Below, in pieces: positions 25,646 through 33,759 of a stretch of DNA of 47,839 bases; position 1 is the stretch's first letter; every line of letters begins with the position of its first letter. The stretch covers positions 1-47,839 of the forward strand of contig JBFXBH010000005.1 in assembly GCA_050183355.1 (NCBI GenBank), read 5' to 3'. The notes under the pieces are model-generated. The model had not been told where the DNA came from. It saw only the letters and a program-made list of their open reading frames with translations, and made no database searches. A program made the translations under genes and the position numbers. The DNA comes from Vicinamibacterales bacterium. GTDB taxonomy: Bacteria; Acidobacteriota; Vicinamibacteria; Vicinamibacterales; UBA2999.

Positions 25646-27108
25646 GCGGCGGAAGGCCGGGCCCCTGCCTCGGCCTCGTCGTGGTGCTGGCGATGCTGGC
25701 GGCGCCGGCCGGTGCGGTGCCGCGCCAGACGCCGCAGGCGGCGGCGCCGCTCTGGCTCGTCGCGCCGTTCGAGCAGACGAGCACCGGGCTGCAGGAGCGC
25801 TGGATCGGGGAGGCCGTCGCCGTGCTCGTGACGGACGCCCTCGCGGCCGCCGGCATCCCGGTCTACGGCGCGTCCGACCGACGCGACGCCTGGGACGAGC
25901 ACGGCATCAGCCCGGCGGCGACGGTCTCGCACGCCACGCTCATCACGATCGGCCGCGCCGCGGCTGCCACGCACGTCGTCTCAGGCACCTATGTCGTGAC
26001 GGGGGGCCGGATCCGGATCACCGGCCGCGTGATCGAGACCGCCGGTCCGTCCATGGCGGAGGCCGTGGAGGAGGCGGGCCCCCTGCCGGATCTGCTGGCT
26101 GTTCTGGGCCGCATCAGCGCGAGACTGGCCGGCCGCGGCACGCCACTGATGGGGCCGCTCAGTGCCCATCCCGCCGCCGCCGTCGAACAGTTCGTGCGCG
26201 GGCTGCTGGCCGCCTCGGGTGAGGCGCGGCTCACCCACTTCACGCAGGCGCTCGCGATCGCCCCGACGCTGCATCAGGCGGCCCTGGAACTGTGGCGGGT
26301 ACACGACGAACGTGACGCGCACGAGGCCGCGCTGGCGGCTGCCAGGCGCGTGCCGGACGGCACGCCCCTCGCCCGCACGGCGCAACTGCGCGCGGCCATT
26401 TCGCTCGCCGCGCTTGGCCGGCTCGACGAGGCCCGGGCCCAGTTGACGATCCTGAGCCGCGGTCCGCGTGACGCGGCGGTGTGGAGCAATCTGGCGTGGG
26501 TGCTTGCCGCGATGGGGCAATCCGGCGCCGCGGCGCTGGCCGAAGCCAGCGCGATTGACCCGGCTGACGCCGACATCCGCTTCAACGCCGGCTATGCCGC
26601 GTGGCAGCGCGGCGAGCCGGCGACGGCCGTGGCCTCGCTGCGGGAGGCCGTCCGCCTCCGGCCCGAGGACGGCCAGGCGCACTACGCGCTCGGTCACGCG
26701 CTCACGGCGCTCGGACGGACGGTCGAGGCGGCCGCGGAACAGGCGATGGCCGCCCGGTATTCGGAGGAACTGGCCACGCTGGTGCCCACGGACGCGCGCG
26801 CGTGGGAACGCATGCTGGCCGATCCCCGCGAGCCGGGGCTGGCCCGGATGGGCCGTGCGCTGGCGGCGTCGCGAGCCCGCGCGCAGGAGGCCCTGGCCGA
26901 GGACTACCGGCGGCTCGGGCGCGAGGCGATGGCGCAGGGCCGTCACGACGCGGCGCTGGCGGAGTTTCGACGCGCGGCGTATCTGCGTCCCTACGATCCG
27001 GTGACGCTGCGTCTGGTAGCCGCGGCGGCGCACGCGGCCGGACGCGCGACGGAGAGCGCCGACGCCGAGACACTTGCGGCCTTTGCCGCGGGGGACGCTC
27101 GCCCGTAG
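25642..27108 (+). CDS. exported TolB_N-like domain plus TPR-repeat protein
   Basis: Frame of ORF 25297..27108. GTG 25642 forms a GTGA overlap with the upstream stop. The signal peptide is SGGRPGPCLGLVVVLAMLAAPAGA. The N-domain reads LWLVAPFEQTSTGLQERWIGEAVAVLVTDALAAAGIPVY...VVSGTYVVTGGRIRITGRVIE. TPR-like repeats follow (NLAWVLAAMGQ, FNAGYAAWQRGEPATAVASLREAVRLRPEDGQAHYALGHAL). Confidence 0.7.
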   Translation: MSGGRPGPCLGLVVVLAMLAAPAGAVPRQTPQAAAPLWLVAPFEQTSTGLQERWIGEAVAVLVTDALAAAGIPVYGASDRRDAWDEHGISPAATVSHATLITIGRAAAATHVVSGTYVVTGGRIRITGRVIETAGPSMAEAVEEAGPLPDLLAVLGRISARLAGRGTPLMGPLSAHPAAAVEQFVRGLLAASGEARLTHFTQALAIAPTLHQAALELWRVHDERDAHEAALAAARRVPDGTPLARTAQLRAAISLAALGRLDEARAQLTILSRGPRDAAVWSNLAWVLAAMGQSGAAALAEASAIDPADADIRFNAGYAAWQRGEPATAVASLREAVRLRPEDGQAHYALGHALTALGRTVEAAAEQAMAARYSEELATLVPTDARAWERMLADPREPGLARMGRALAASRARAQEALAEDYRRLGREAMAQGRHDAALAEFRRAAYLRPYDPVTLRLVAAAAHAAGRATESADAETLAAFAAGDARP

Positions 27109-27111
27109 ACC

Positions 27112-27120
27112 TGCTAGACT
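27112..27120 (+). promoter_or_regulatory. candidate extended -10 TGcTAGACT, 7 nt upstream of the SPOR-gene ATG
   Basis: The sequence reads TAGacCTGCTAGACTcgcgtcgATG. It lies directly after the TAG stop of the TPR gene. Confidence 0.4.
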
Positions 27121-27127
27121 CGCGTCG

Positions 27128-27850
27128 ATGAGCGAGCCGCGCGATCCGGAGCCGCAGGTGCACGGCAAGCAGCTCGTCTTCCTGTTCATGGCCGCGACGG
27201 TGGCGGCGGTCGTCGTGTTTCTGGCGGGTGTGATGGTCGGCCGCGGCGTCCGCCTGCAGCGCGGAGGCTTTGCGGTCGGCGAGATGGCCGCGGACCCGAC
27301 GGTCGACCCGGCACCTCCGCTCGCGGCGCCGACCGGTACGACCGCGCAGGGACCGTCTCCCGCCAGCCGCGAAGGGCTCACGTATCCCAGCCAGCTGAGC
27401 GATCTGAATCCGCCGGACGTGCTGGCTGAACCGGCCGAGGATCCCACGGCCGAAGTGCTGGGTCGCGCGACGCCAAAGGCCCCGGAGACACCGGCCGCGA
27501 CGGCGACCGGGAAGCGGGCGGAGAAGGCGGCGGCGAAGCCCGCCGAAAAGCCGGCGGAGATGCCGGCGCCCAGTACGCCGGTTCGGAAGAGCGTGGTGCC
27601 GAGGGTAGAGCGGCCGACGGGCGAGGCGGGCCCCGGCTACGCCGTCCAGGTGGCCGCCGTCCGCGACAGCGGGGACGCGGATCGGATCGCGGCCCGTCTG
27701 AAGGGGAAGGGGTACTCGGCCTACATCACGTCACCCGCACCCGGCATGTTCCGCGTGCGCGTCGGGAAGTTCGAGGAACTGCGTGACGCTCAGGCCGCCG
27801 CCGCGCGGCTCGAGAAGGAAGAGCAGTTCAAGCCCTGGATCACGCGGTAA
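27128..27850 (+). CDS. membrane-anchored SPOR (septal peptidoglycan-binding) domain protein
   Basis: Frame of ORF 27074..27850, trimmed to MSEPRDPEPQVHGKQLVFLFMAATVAAVVVFLAGVMVG (TM anchor). The C-terminal SPOR motif is GYAVQVAAVRDSGDADRIAARLKGKGYSAYITSPAPGMFRVRVGKFEELRDAQAAAARL. Confidence 0.75.
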   Translation: MSEPRDPEPQVHGKQLVFLFMAATVAAVVVFLAGVMVGRGVRLQRGGFAVGEMAADPTVDPAPPLAAPTGTTAQGPSPASREGLTYPSQLSDLNPPDVLAEPAEDPTAEVLGRATPKAPETPAATATGKRAEKAAAKPAEKPAEMPAPSTPVRKSVVPRVERPTGEAGPGYAVQVAAVRDSGDADRIAARLKGKGYSAYITSPAPGMFRVRVGKFEELRDAQAAAARLEKEEQFKPWITR

Positions 27851-27854
27851 GGCC

Positions 27855-28241
27855 ATGCCGCCGGCCCTGGTTGCCAGTCTGCTCGTCGGCGCGGGCGGGT
27901 TTCTCGGGGCGATCGCCCGGTACCTCACGACCAACGCCATCGGCACCAGCGCCTCCGGCATTCCGTGGGCGACGTTCGTCATCAACGTGAGCGGCTCGTT
28001 GCTGCTGGGCGCGCTGGGCACGGCGGCGACCCGCGGCCTCATCGGCGCGCCGGAGCCGGTGCGCCTCGCGCTCGGCGTCGGCTTCCTCGGCGCGTTCACG
28101 ACGTTCTCGACGTTCTCGGTCGAGACCAATCACCTGATCCAGACGGATGACTGGCCGATGGCGATGCTGTACGCGGCGGGCAGCGTCGTGGCCGGGCTGG
28201 CTGCCGTGCGGGCCGGCGCGGCCATCGGCGCCGCGCTGTAG
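27855..28241 (+). CDS. crcB: fluoride ion channel CrcB/FluC
   Basis: Frame of ORF 27783..28241, trimmed to MPPALVASLLVGAGGFLGAIARY. TFVINVSGSLLLG and GFLGAFTTFSTFSVE are CrcB signatures. Confidence 0.85.
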   Translation: MPPALVASLLVGAGGFLGAIARYLTTNAIGTSASGIPWATFVINVSGSLLLGALGTAATRGLIGAPEPVRLALGVGFLGAFTTFSTFSVETNHLIQTDDWPMAMLYAAGSVVAGLAAVRAGAAIGAAL

Positions 28242-28279
28242 CGCCCGCTGTCCCTTTCGGCTCCGGCCCGCGCGTCCGG

Positions 28280-30496
28280 TCAGAACCGGACCAGCCGGTT
28301 CACCTTGACGATGAACGACCGGTTCGACAGCGCCGGATAGCCCGCGCCCGTCGTGTCGCGCTGTTCGTTGAAGACGACAAAGAGCTCGCTGCCCGGTACG
28401 TATTCCCACCGCAGGCGTGCGTTGATGTTGAACGCCCGGGTTGACGAGTTGTACTGCACGAGCGCGCTCGCGAAGCTGAGCGGCGTCAGCGTGTACGTGA
28501 CGCGGCCGCCGAACAGCTTCACGGTGGCGTTGCCGCCGGGCATCCGCAGCCGGTTGACCGACACGCTCGGCTCGACCGCCAGCGGCGTCAGGATGCGGGC
28601 CCGGGCACCGCTCACGGTCGTCGTCAGCCGCGTGCCGCCGTAGAACGTGCCGCCCTCGACGCTGACTGTTCCGGAGATGTTCCGCTGCGGCCCGAACGTG
28701 TAGCTGCCGCGCGCCGTTTTCGCCCGGTAGAGGCCGACCGGCACGGTCACGGCCCCGGCCGCCCGGAACGGGGCCGGCACGAACTCGTAGTAGTCGTGCG
28801 CGCCGACGGCGAACTTGTCGCTGCTCTGCAGGTCCACGCTGAAGGCGACGTCGCCGTCGCGCGTGTCGAGCCGGCCACGGCCGTTCCTGACGTGGCTGAA
28901 CGTGCCGACGAGCGACAGCTTCCGGAATGTGGTGTTGCCCAGCAGGCGCGGGCTGAAGCGGCCGAGCAGATAGTTCTTCCGCTGGTCGGGGCGGCGCACG
29001 AAGCCGGCGTCCGGCATGTACCCGGAGCCGATGTGCAGACGCTCCACCTGCAGGCCGTAGCGGTCCGCCGCGTAGTCGAGCTGGGCGCGGTAGCTGCGGT
29101 TGTCGTGCGAGATGCCGGTGGTCTGCGTCTCGCTCCAGTACGAGTTGAAGAACAGGTTGTCGTAGAAGTTGAACGCGGCGTCCACGCCGTAGGCCGTGTT
29201 GGTGCCGGCCCGGCCCTGCAGGTGCGACCGGTGCGTCACGATGGCGCCCACGTTGCTCTTCCGCAGCAGGTCGCGCTTCACGCGGAAGAGCGAGTACTGC
29301 GTCGCCTCCGCGCGCGCTTCCGGCGTGCGCCGCGTGCCGATGTGCAGCGCGCCGACGTTGAAGCGGCCCACCCGGCCCGACAGACGGGCGCCCGCGTTGA
29401 TGGGGACCTCCCGGCCGGCATCGAGGCCGATGCGCCGGCTGTAGAACACGAGCGGCACGTCGCCGCCACCGGCCCCGGTGCCGCCGAACGCGAACATGCC
29501 GAGGTTCTCGAGGAAGAACTCCCGCTTCTCGGGGAAGAACAGGCTGAAGCGGGTCAGGTTCACCTGCTGCTCGTCGGCCTCCACCTGCGCGAAGTCCGTG
29601 TTGAGCGTGAAGTCGGCGGTCAGGCTGCCGGTCACGCCGTACTTCACATCCAGGCCGGCGTCGGCACCGGGGTCGTTCCGCACCTGGGGATTCGCCGTCA
29701 GGTCCGTGGTGGCGCTGCCGGTCACGAACGGCTTGATCTCGACCAGGTGGCCGGAATTGGCCGGCGCTTCGAGGCCCGTCATCGTGGCGGCGAAGGACGC
29801 GTACATGATGCCGGAGTTGCCGCCGATGGCCGGCGGCACGCGCGTGAGGAAGGACGTCTCGTTCTTCCAGCGCACCGTGCGCACCACGTTGAAGCCCCAG
29901 GTCTGCTCCCGCCCGGGCGCGTAGCGGAGCGACTTGAAGGGAATCGCGGCCTCGAACGAATAGCCGTCGCTGCCGCGCTGGGCCTTCACCGTCCAGATCG
30001 GATTGAAGTCGCCGTTGTACTGCCGCTGGTTCGTCACCTGGCCGTCGTTGCGCCCGCCGAGCGAGTTCACGGCGAAGGTATTGGCGTTCTGCTTGTCGTG
30101 AAATGTGTCGAACATGAACGAGACGTTGTCGTTGCCGAGGGCGACGGCGGAGCTGTCGCGGCGCATGTCGTTGGCGATCCGGCGCTCGGGATGCGTCTCG
30201 TGGGCCTTCACGGACACATAGATGTGCGTCCGGTCGAAGAACAGCCAGACCTCGGTCTTCTCGGTCGCCGGGGCACCGGGCGAGGGCTCCGTCTGGATAA
30301 AGTCCGACATCGGGTCGACGGTGGCGTAGAGCGGCTCATCGAGCCGGCCGTCGATCCGTGGTGGCGTGTCGGTGCGGATGGCGTGGACCGTGACGCGACC
30401 CTCGGCGTCCCGTGTCATCTGCGCCGGCCGCGTCTGCGCGGCGGCGGGCAGCGCCAGGCCGATCAGGAGCAGTGCGGGTGAGACGGTCCGGCGCAT
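28280..30496 (-). CDS. outer-membrane protein, CBM9-like N-domain plus DUF5916-type beta-barrel
   Basis: Frame of ORF 28280..30535, trimmed to MRRTVSPALLLIGLALPAAAQ. PPRIDGRLDEPLYATVDPMSDFIQTEPSPGAPATEKTEVWLFFDRTHIYVSV is present. It ends ...VKVNRLVRF (terminal aromatic, OMP-like). Family name is from memory. Confidence 0.62.
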   Translation of the reverse strand: MRRTVSPALLLIGLALPAAAQTRPAQMTRDAEGRVTVHAIRTDTPPRIDGRLDEPLYATVDPMSDFIQTEPSPGAPATEKTEVWLFFDRTHIYVSVKAHETHPERRIANDMRRDSSAVALGNDNVSFMFDTFHDKQNANTFAVNSLGGRNDGQVTNQRQYNGDFNPIWTVKAQRGSDGYSFEAAIPFKSLRYAPGREQTWGFNVVRTVRWKNETSFLTRVPPAIGGNSGIMYASFAATMTGLEAPANSGHLVEIKPFVTGSATTDLTANPQVRNDPGADAGLDVKYGVTGSLTADFTLNTDFAQVEADEQQVNLTRFSLFFPEKREFFLENLGMFAFGGTGAGGGDVPLVFYSRRIGLDAGREVPINAGARLSGRVGRFNVGALHIGTRRTPEARAEATQYSLFRVKRDLLRKSNVGAIVTHRSHLQGRAGTNTAYGVDAAFNFYDNLFFNSYWSETQTTGISHDNRSYRAQLDYAADRYGLQVERLHIGSGYMPDAGFVRRPDQRKNYLLGRFSPRLLGNTTFRKLSLVGTFSHVRNGRGRLDTRDGDVAFSVDLQSSDKFAVGAHDYYEFVPAPFRAAGAVTVPVGLYRAKTARGSYTFGPQRNISGTVSVEGGTFYGGTRLTTTVSGARARILTPLAVEPSVSVNRLRMPGGNATVKLFGGRVTYTLTPLSFASALVQYNSSTRAFNINARLRWEYVPGSELFVVFNEQRDTTGAGYPALSNRSFIVKVNRLVRF

Positions 30497-30639
30497 CCGC
30501 GACCGCGACCCGGGGTTTCCGTGCAGCACGGCCACGGATCATCGCCGATCTTCCGCGCGGGCGTTACGTCAGGTCGACACGTGCACGCCGGCTCCCGAGC
30601 GGGCCACTAGAATGGACCGGATTGTCATCCCGTCTTCCC

Positions 30640-32169
30640 ATGGCCTCCTACGCGCTCGCGGCCCTGTCAGGCCTGCTCGTCGCGTTCAGCTTTCCCCGCT
30701 TCGGGCATCCGGCCGCCGCCTGGGTGGCGCTCGTGCCGCTGCTGGTGGCGCTCGCAGCGACGCGGGGCGTCGCCGCCGGCCTGCACCTTGGTCTGGTGAC
30801 GGGCGCGGTCGGCTTTGCCGGCACGATCTACTGGACGCGCGAGGTCGTCCAGCAGTTCGGCGGCCTGCCGCTGCCGCTCGCCACGCTCGCGATGGTGCTG
30901 CTCGCCCTGTACATGGCGGTCTACGCCGGCGCGGCGACCGCCGCCACGGCCCTGCTCGTCGGGCGCCTCGGCACGCGAGGGCTGGCCCTGCTGCCGGCCG
31001 CCTGGGTGGCGGGGGAGTACGCCCGCGGCTGGGCGTTCGGCGGCTTTCCCTGGACGCCGATCGGGAGCAGTCAGGCCACCGTGCTGCCGGTCGCGCAGGC
31101 GGCGAGCGTGGTCGGCGTCTACGGTCTGAGCGGGCTCGTCGTGTCCGTCAACGTGCTGGCCGTGCTGGTGCTGCTGGGCCGCGCGCGGGTGCGCCTGCTG
31201 GCTGGCGGGTGCGCCGTGGCGCTGCTCGCGGGGGGCTGGGCGTGGGGCTCGGCCCGCATGGCGGACAACCGGCTGACCGGCGCGGGCACGCCGCTGACCG
31301 TCGGCCTGGTGCAGGGCAACATCGAACAGACGGACAAGTGGGACCCGCGGCTGGCGGACGCGATTCTCGCGGACCACATCGCGCTGACGCGGGAGGCGGT
31401 GAGCCGCGGCGCGGCGTTCGTGCTGTGGCCGGAATCGTCGACGCCTTTCATGCTCGAAGAGGACCCGGCGGGTCAGCACGTGCACGATCTCGCGCGCGAG
31501 CTGCGCGTCCCGCTGCTGGTCGGGAGCGACGAAGTGAAGCGGCTCCCGCTGCGCCTCTACAACGCGGCGCATCTGATCGGCACGACCGGCGCGACCGACG
31601 CCGTCTACCGCAAGATGCACCTCGTCCCGTTCGGCGAGTTCATCCCGCTCAAGAACGTGATCTCGTTCGTCTCGCCGCTGGTCGAGAGCTTCGCCGAGTT
31701 CGTGCCTGGCACCGAGACCGTGCTGCTCCCGGTCAACGGACATCTGGCGAGCACGTCAATCTGCTACGAGGTCGTCTATCCGGAACTGGTGCGGGACGCG
31801 GTGCTCAAGGGCAGCGAACTGTTGACCACCATCACGAACGACGCCTGGTACGGCCGCACGTCCGCGCCGTTCCAGCACTGGGAGCTGGCCTCGCTGCGTG
31901 CGATCGAACACGGGCGCTATCTGGCGAGGGCGGCGAACACGGGCATTTCGGGTGTGATCGACCCCTACGGCCGCGTGACGGCGCGGTCGGGCCTGTTCGA
32001 ACGGACGGCGCTCGTGGCGGACGTGCGCCTGCTGACCGGGCGCACGCTGTATACCCGGCTTGGCGATGTGGTCGCGTGGGCGGCGATGGCCGTGACCGTG
32101 CTCGCCGTGCTGCTGGCCGTCGCGGGTTCGTCCAGGAACCCGTTTGACGGACAGCGGCTGAAGACCTAG
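30640..32169 (+). CDS. lnt: apolipoprotein N-acyltransferase
   Basis: Frame of ORF 30412..32169, trimmed to MASYALAALSGLLVAFSFPRFG. It has multiple TM helices and then a CN-hydrolase domain (VGLVQGNIEQTDKW, KMHLVPFGEFIP, STSICYEVVYPELVR). Confidence 0.85.
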   Translation: MASYALAALSGLLVAFSFPRFGHPAAAWVALVPLLVALAATRGVAAGLHLGLVTGAVGFAGTIYWTREVVQQFGGLPLPLATLAMVLLALYMAVYAGAATAATALLVGRLGTRGLALLPAAWVAGEYARGWAFGGFPWTPIGSSQATVLPVAQAASVVGVYGLSGLVVSVNVLAVLVLLGRARVRLLAGGCAVALLAGGWAWGSARMADNRLTGAGTPLTVGLVQGNIEQTDKWDPRLADAILADHIALTREAVSRGAAFVLWPESSTPFMLEEDPAGQHVHDLARELRVPLLVGSDEVKRLPLRLYNAAHLIGTTGATDAVYRKMHLVPFGEFIPLKNVISFVSPLVESFAEFVPGTETVLLPVNGHLASTSICYEVVYPELVRDAVLKGSELLTTITNDAWYGRTSAPFQHWELASLRAIEHGRYLARAANTGISGVIDPYGRVTARSGLFERTALVADVRLLTGRTLYTRLGDVVAWAAMAVTVLAVLLAVAGSSRNPFDGQRLKT

Positions 32170-32172
32170 ACT
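32167..32172 (+). promoter_or_regulatory. candidate -10 TAGACT (contains the lnt TAG stop), 8 nt upstream of the NTF2-like A ATG
   Basis: The sequence reads agaccTAGACTcgcgcgccATG. It shares CTAGACTCGCG with the site at 27114. Confidence 0.35.
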
Positions 32173-32180
32173 CGCGCGCC

Positions 32181-32960
32181 ATGCAGTCGAGACTCTCGTA
32201 CTTCTTCGCGGGCGCCCTGGTCGCGGTGATCTCGTCCTACACGACGCACCAGCTCAACGCAAAGCCCAAGATCATGAAGGGCACGCACGTGAACCTCGCG
32301 CCCGAGGACTACATCGAGATCCTCGCGCTGCAGTCCGAGTACCCGCGCGACGTCGACCCGGGATCCGCCCGCGACGCGTCGTGGATGTTCACGAAGGACG
32401 CGCGGTCCGTGATCTCCGGGGCGCCGATGGTGCGGCCGCAGGACTTCAAGAACTTCTACGGTGCGCTCGTGCAGTCGCCGACCGGGCAGGCGAGCAAGGG
32501 CGGCAACCGGCACTTCAACATGTCGCCGGTCATCATCGGGCTGCCCGACGGTACCGCCAGAGGCTCCTCGATGATGATGGGCGTCTCGGTCAAGGAACCG
32601 GGGGGCAAGCCGACGATCGACCTGATGGGCAAGTACGAGGACGTCTACGTGAAGACGCCCGAGGGCTGGCGGATGAAGGAGCGCATCTGGACGAGCGACC
32701 AGCACGTCGGGTCCTACCAGAAGATCGCGCCCTCACCAGTGCTGGCGATTCCGAGCACCTGGAAGACGAATCAGGAAGAGGTGATCCAGGATCTGTGGCG
32801 ACGCGGCATCGCGCGCGATGAGAGCGGAGCCCCGGTCGCGGTCAATGGCGCGCCGAGCACGTCGACGGCGCAGCCGTCGACGGTGAAGAAGCCCGAGGGC
32901 GCACCGAGTAACTGGACGCCGCCGCGGGCGCCCTGGACCATGCCGGACGCGAGGCCGTAG
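32181..32960 (+). CDS. N-terminally anchored SnoaL_4/NTF2-like protein, paralog A
   Basis: ORF 32181..32960. MQSRLSYFFAGALVAVISSY is the anchor. EDYIEILALQSEYPRDVD...GGNRHFNMSPVIIGLPDGTARGSS...GKYEDVYVKTPEGWRMKERIW fits the NTF2-like pattern. It has a Pro/Ser-rich tail. Confidence 0.6.
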   Translation: MQSRLSYFFAGALVAVISSYTTHQLNAKPKIMKGTHVNLAPEDYIEILALQSEYPRDVDPGSARDASWMFTKDARSVISGAPMVRPQDFKNFYGALVQSPTGQASKGGNRHFNMSPVIIGLPDGTARGSSMMMGVSVKEPGGKPTIDLMGKYEDVYVKTPEGWRMKERIWTSDQHVGSYQKIAPSPVLAIPSTWKTNQEEVIQDLWRRGIARDESGAPVAVNGAPSTSTAQPSTVKKPEGAPSNWTPPRAPWTMPDARP

Positions 32961-33664
32961 TGACGTCGAAGCTGGCAAACTTCCTGGCCGGGGCCCTGGT
33001 GGCCATCGTCGCGTCGTACGCGACGGCCGTGATCGACGCGAAGCCCGGGATCATGAAGGGCACGCACGTGAACATTGCGCCGGAGGACTACATCGAGATC
33101 CTCGGTCTGCAGTACGAGTATCCGCGCGACGTCGACCCGGGCTCCGTACGTGATGCGTCGTGGATGTTCATGCCCGGGGCGCGGTCCATCATCGGGGGGG
33201 CGCCGATGGTCAAGGCTGCGGACTTCAAGCAGTTCTATGGCAGCCTGGTGGCGCATCCCACGGGGCAGGCCAGCAAGGGCGGCAACCGGCATTTCAACAC
33301 CGCGCCGATCGTCGTGGGGATGCCGGACGGCACCGCGCGGGGGTCGTCGATGATGATGGGCGTCTCGATCAAGGAACCGGGCGGCAAGCCGACGATCGAC
33401 CTCATGGGCAAGTACGAGGATGTCTACGTGAAGACCCCGCAGGGCTGGAGGATGAAGGAGCGCCACTGGAAGAGCGACCTGCACGTGGGCTCCTACCAGA
33501 AGATCTGGCCGTCACCCGTGCTGTCGATACCCGAGACCTGGAAGACGGAACAGGAAGAGGCGATTCAGGACCTCTGGCGCCAGGGCTTCACGCGGGACGC
33601 CAGCGGCACCCCGGTGACGCCACCCGCCGCGGCCCAGCCGGCCGCCGCCGCCCCCGCGCGCTGA
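32960..33664 (+). CDS. N-terminally anchored SnoaL_4/NTF2-like protein, paralog B
   Basis: ORF 32960..33664. GTG shares one nt with the TAG stop of paralog A. By eye it is about 75% identical to paralog A over about 200 aa. Confidence 0.6.
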   Translation: MTSKLANFLAGALVAIVASYATAVIDAKPGIMKGTHVNIAPEDYIEILGLQYEYPRDVDPGSVRDASWMFMPGARSIIGGAPMVKAADFKQFYGSLVAHPTGQASKGGNRHFNTAPIVVGMPDGTARGSSMMMGVSIKEPGGKPTIDLMGKYEDVYVKTPQGWRMKERHWKSDLHVGSYQKIWPSPVLSIPETWKTEQEEAIQDLWRQGFTRDASGTPVTPPAAAQPAAAAPAR

Positions 33665-33686
33665 ACGCCCGTCGGCGGCATGTTCA

Positions 33687-33721
33687 GGGCCACGGTCCAC
33701 CGACCGTGGCCCTTTTCGTTT
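33687..33721 (+). terminator. Rho-independent terminator after the NTF2-like pair
   Basis: GGGCCACGGT (33687-33696), a 6-nt loop, then ACCGTGGCCC (33703-33712) form a perfect 10-bp stem. TTTTCGTTT follows. Confidence 0.8.
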
Positions 33722-33759
33722 ATCGTTGACGGAACGCCTTCATCCGCAGGGGAGAGACC

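Larger units (their letters stand above)
32181..33664 (+). repeat. tandem gene duplication (two NTF2-like genes, head to tail, 1-nt overlap)
   Basis: Collinear protein and DNA similarity is visible by eye, for example atcatgaagggcacgcacgtgaac at 32271 and 33051, and ggcaagccgacgatcgacct..atgggcaagtacgagga in both copies. Confidence 0.85.

Noticed and set aside
27851-27854. Fluoride riboswitch upstream of crcB
   Set aside because: Only 4 nt separate crcB from the SPOR gene stop, so there is no space for the approximately 50-nt crcB motif.
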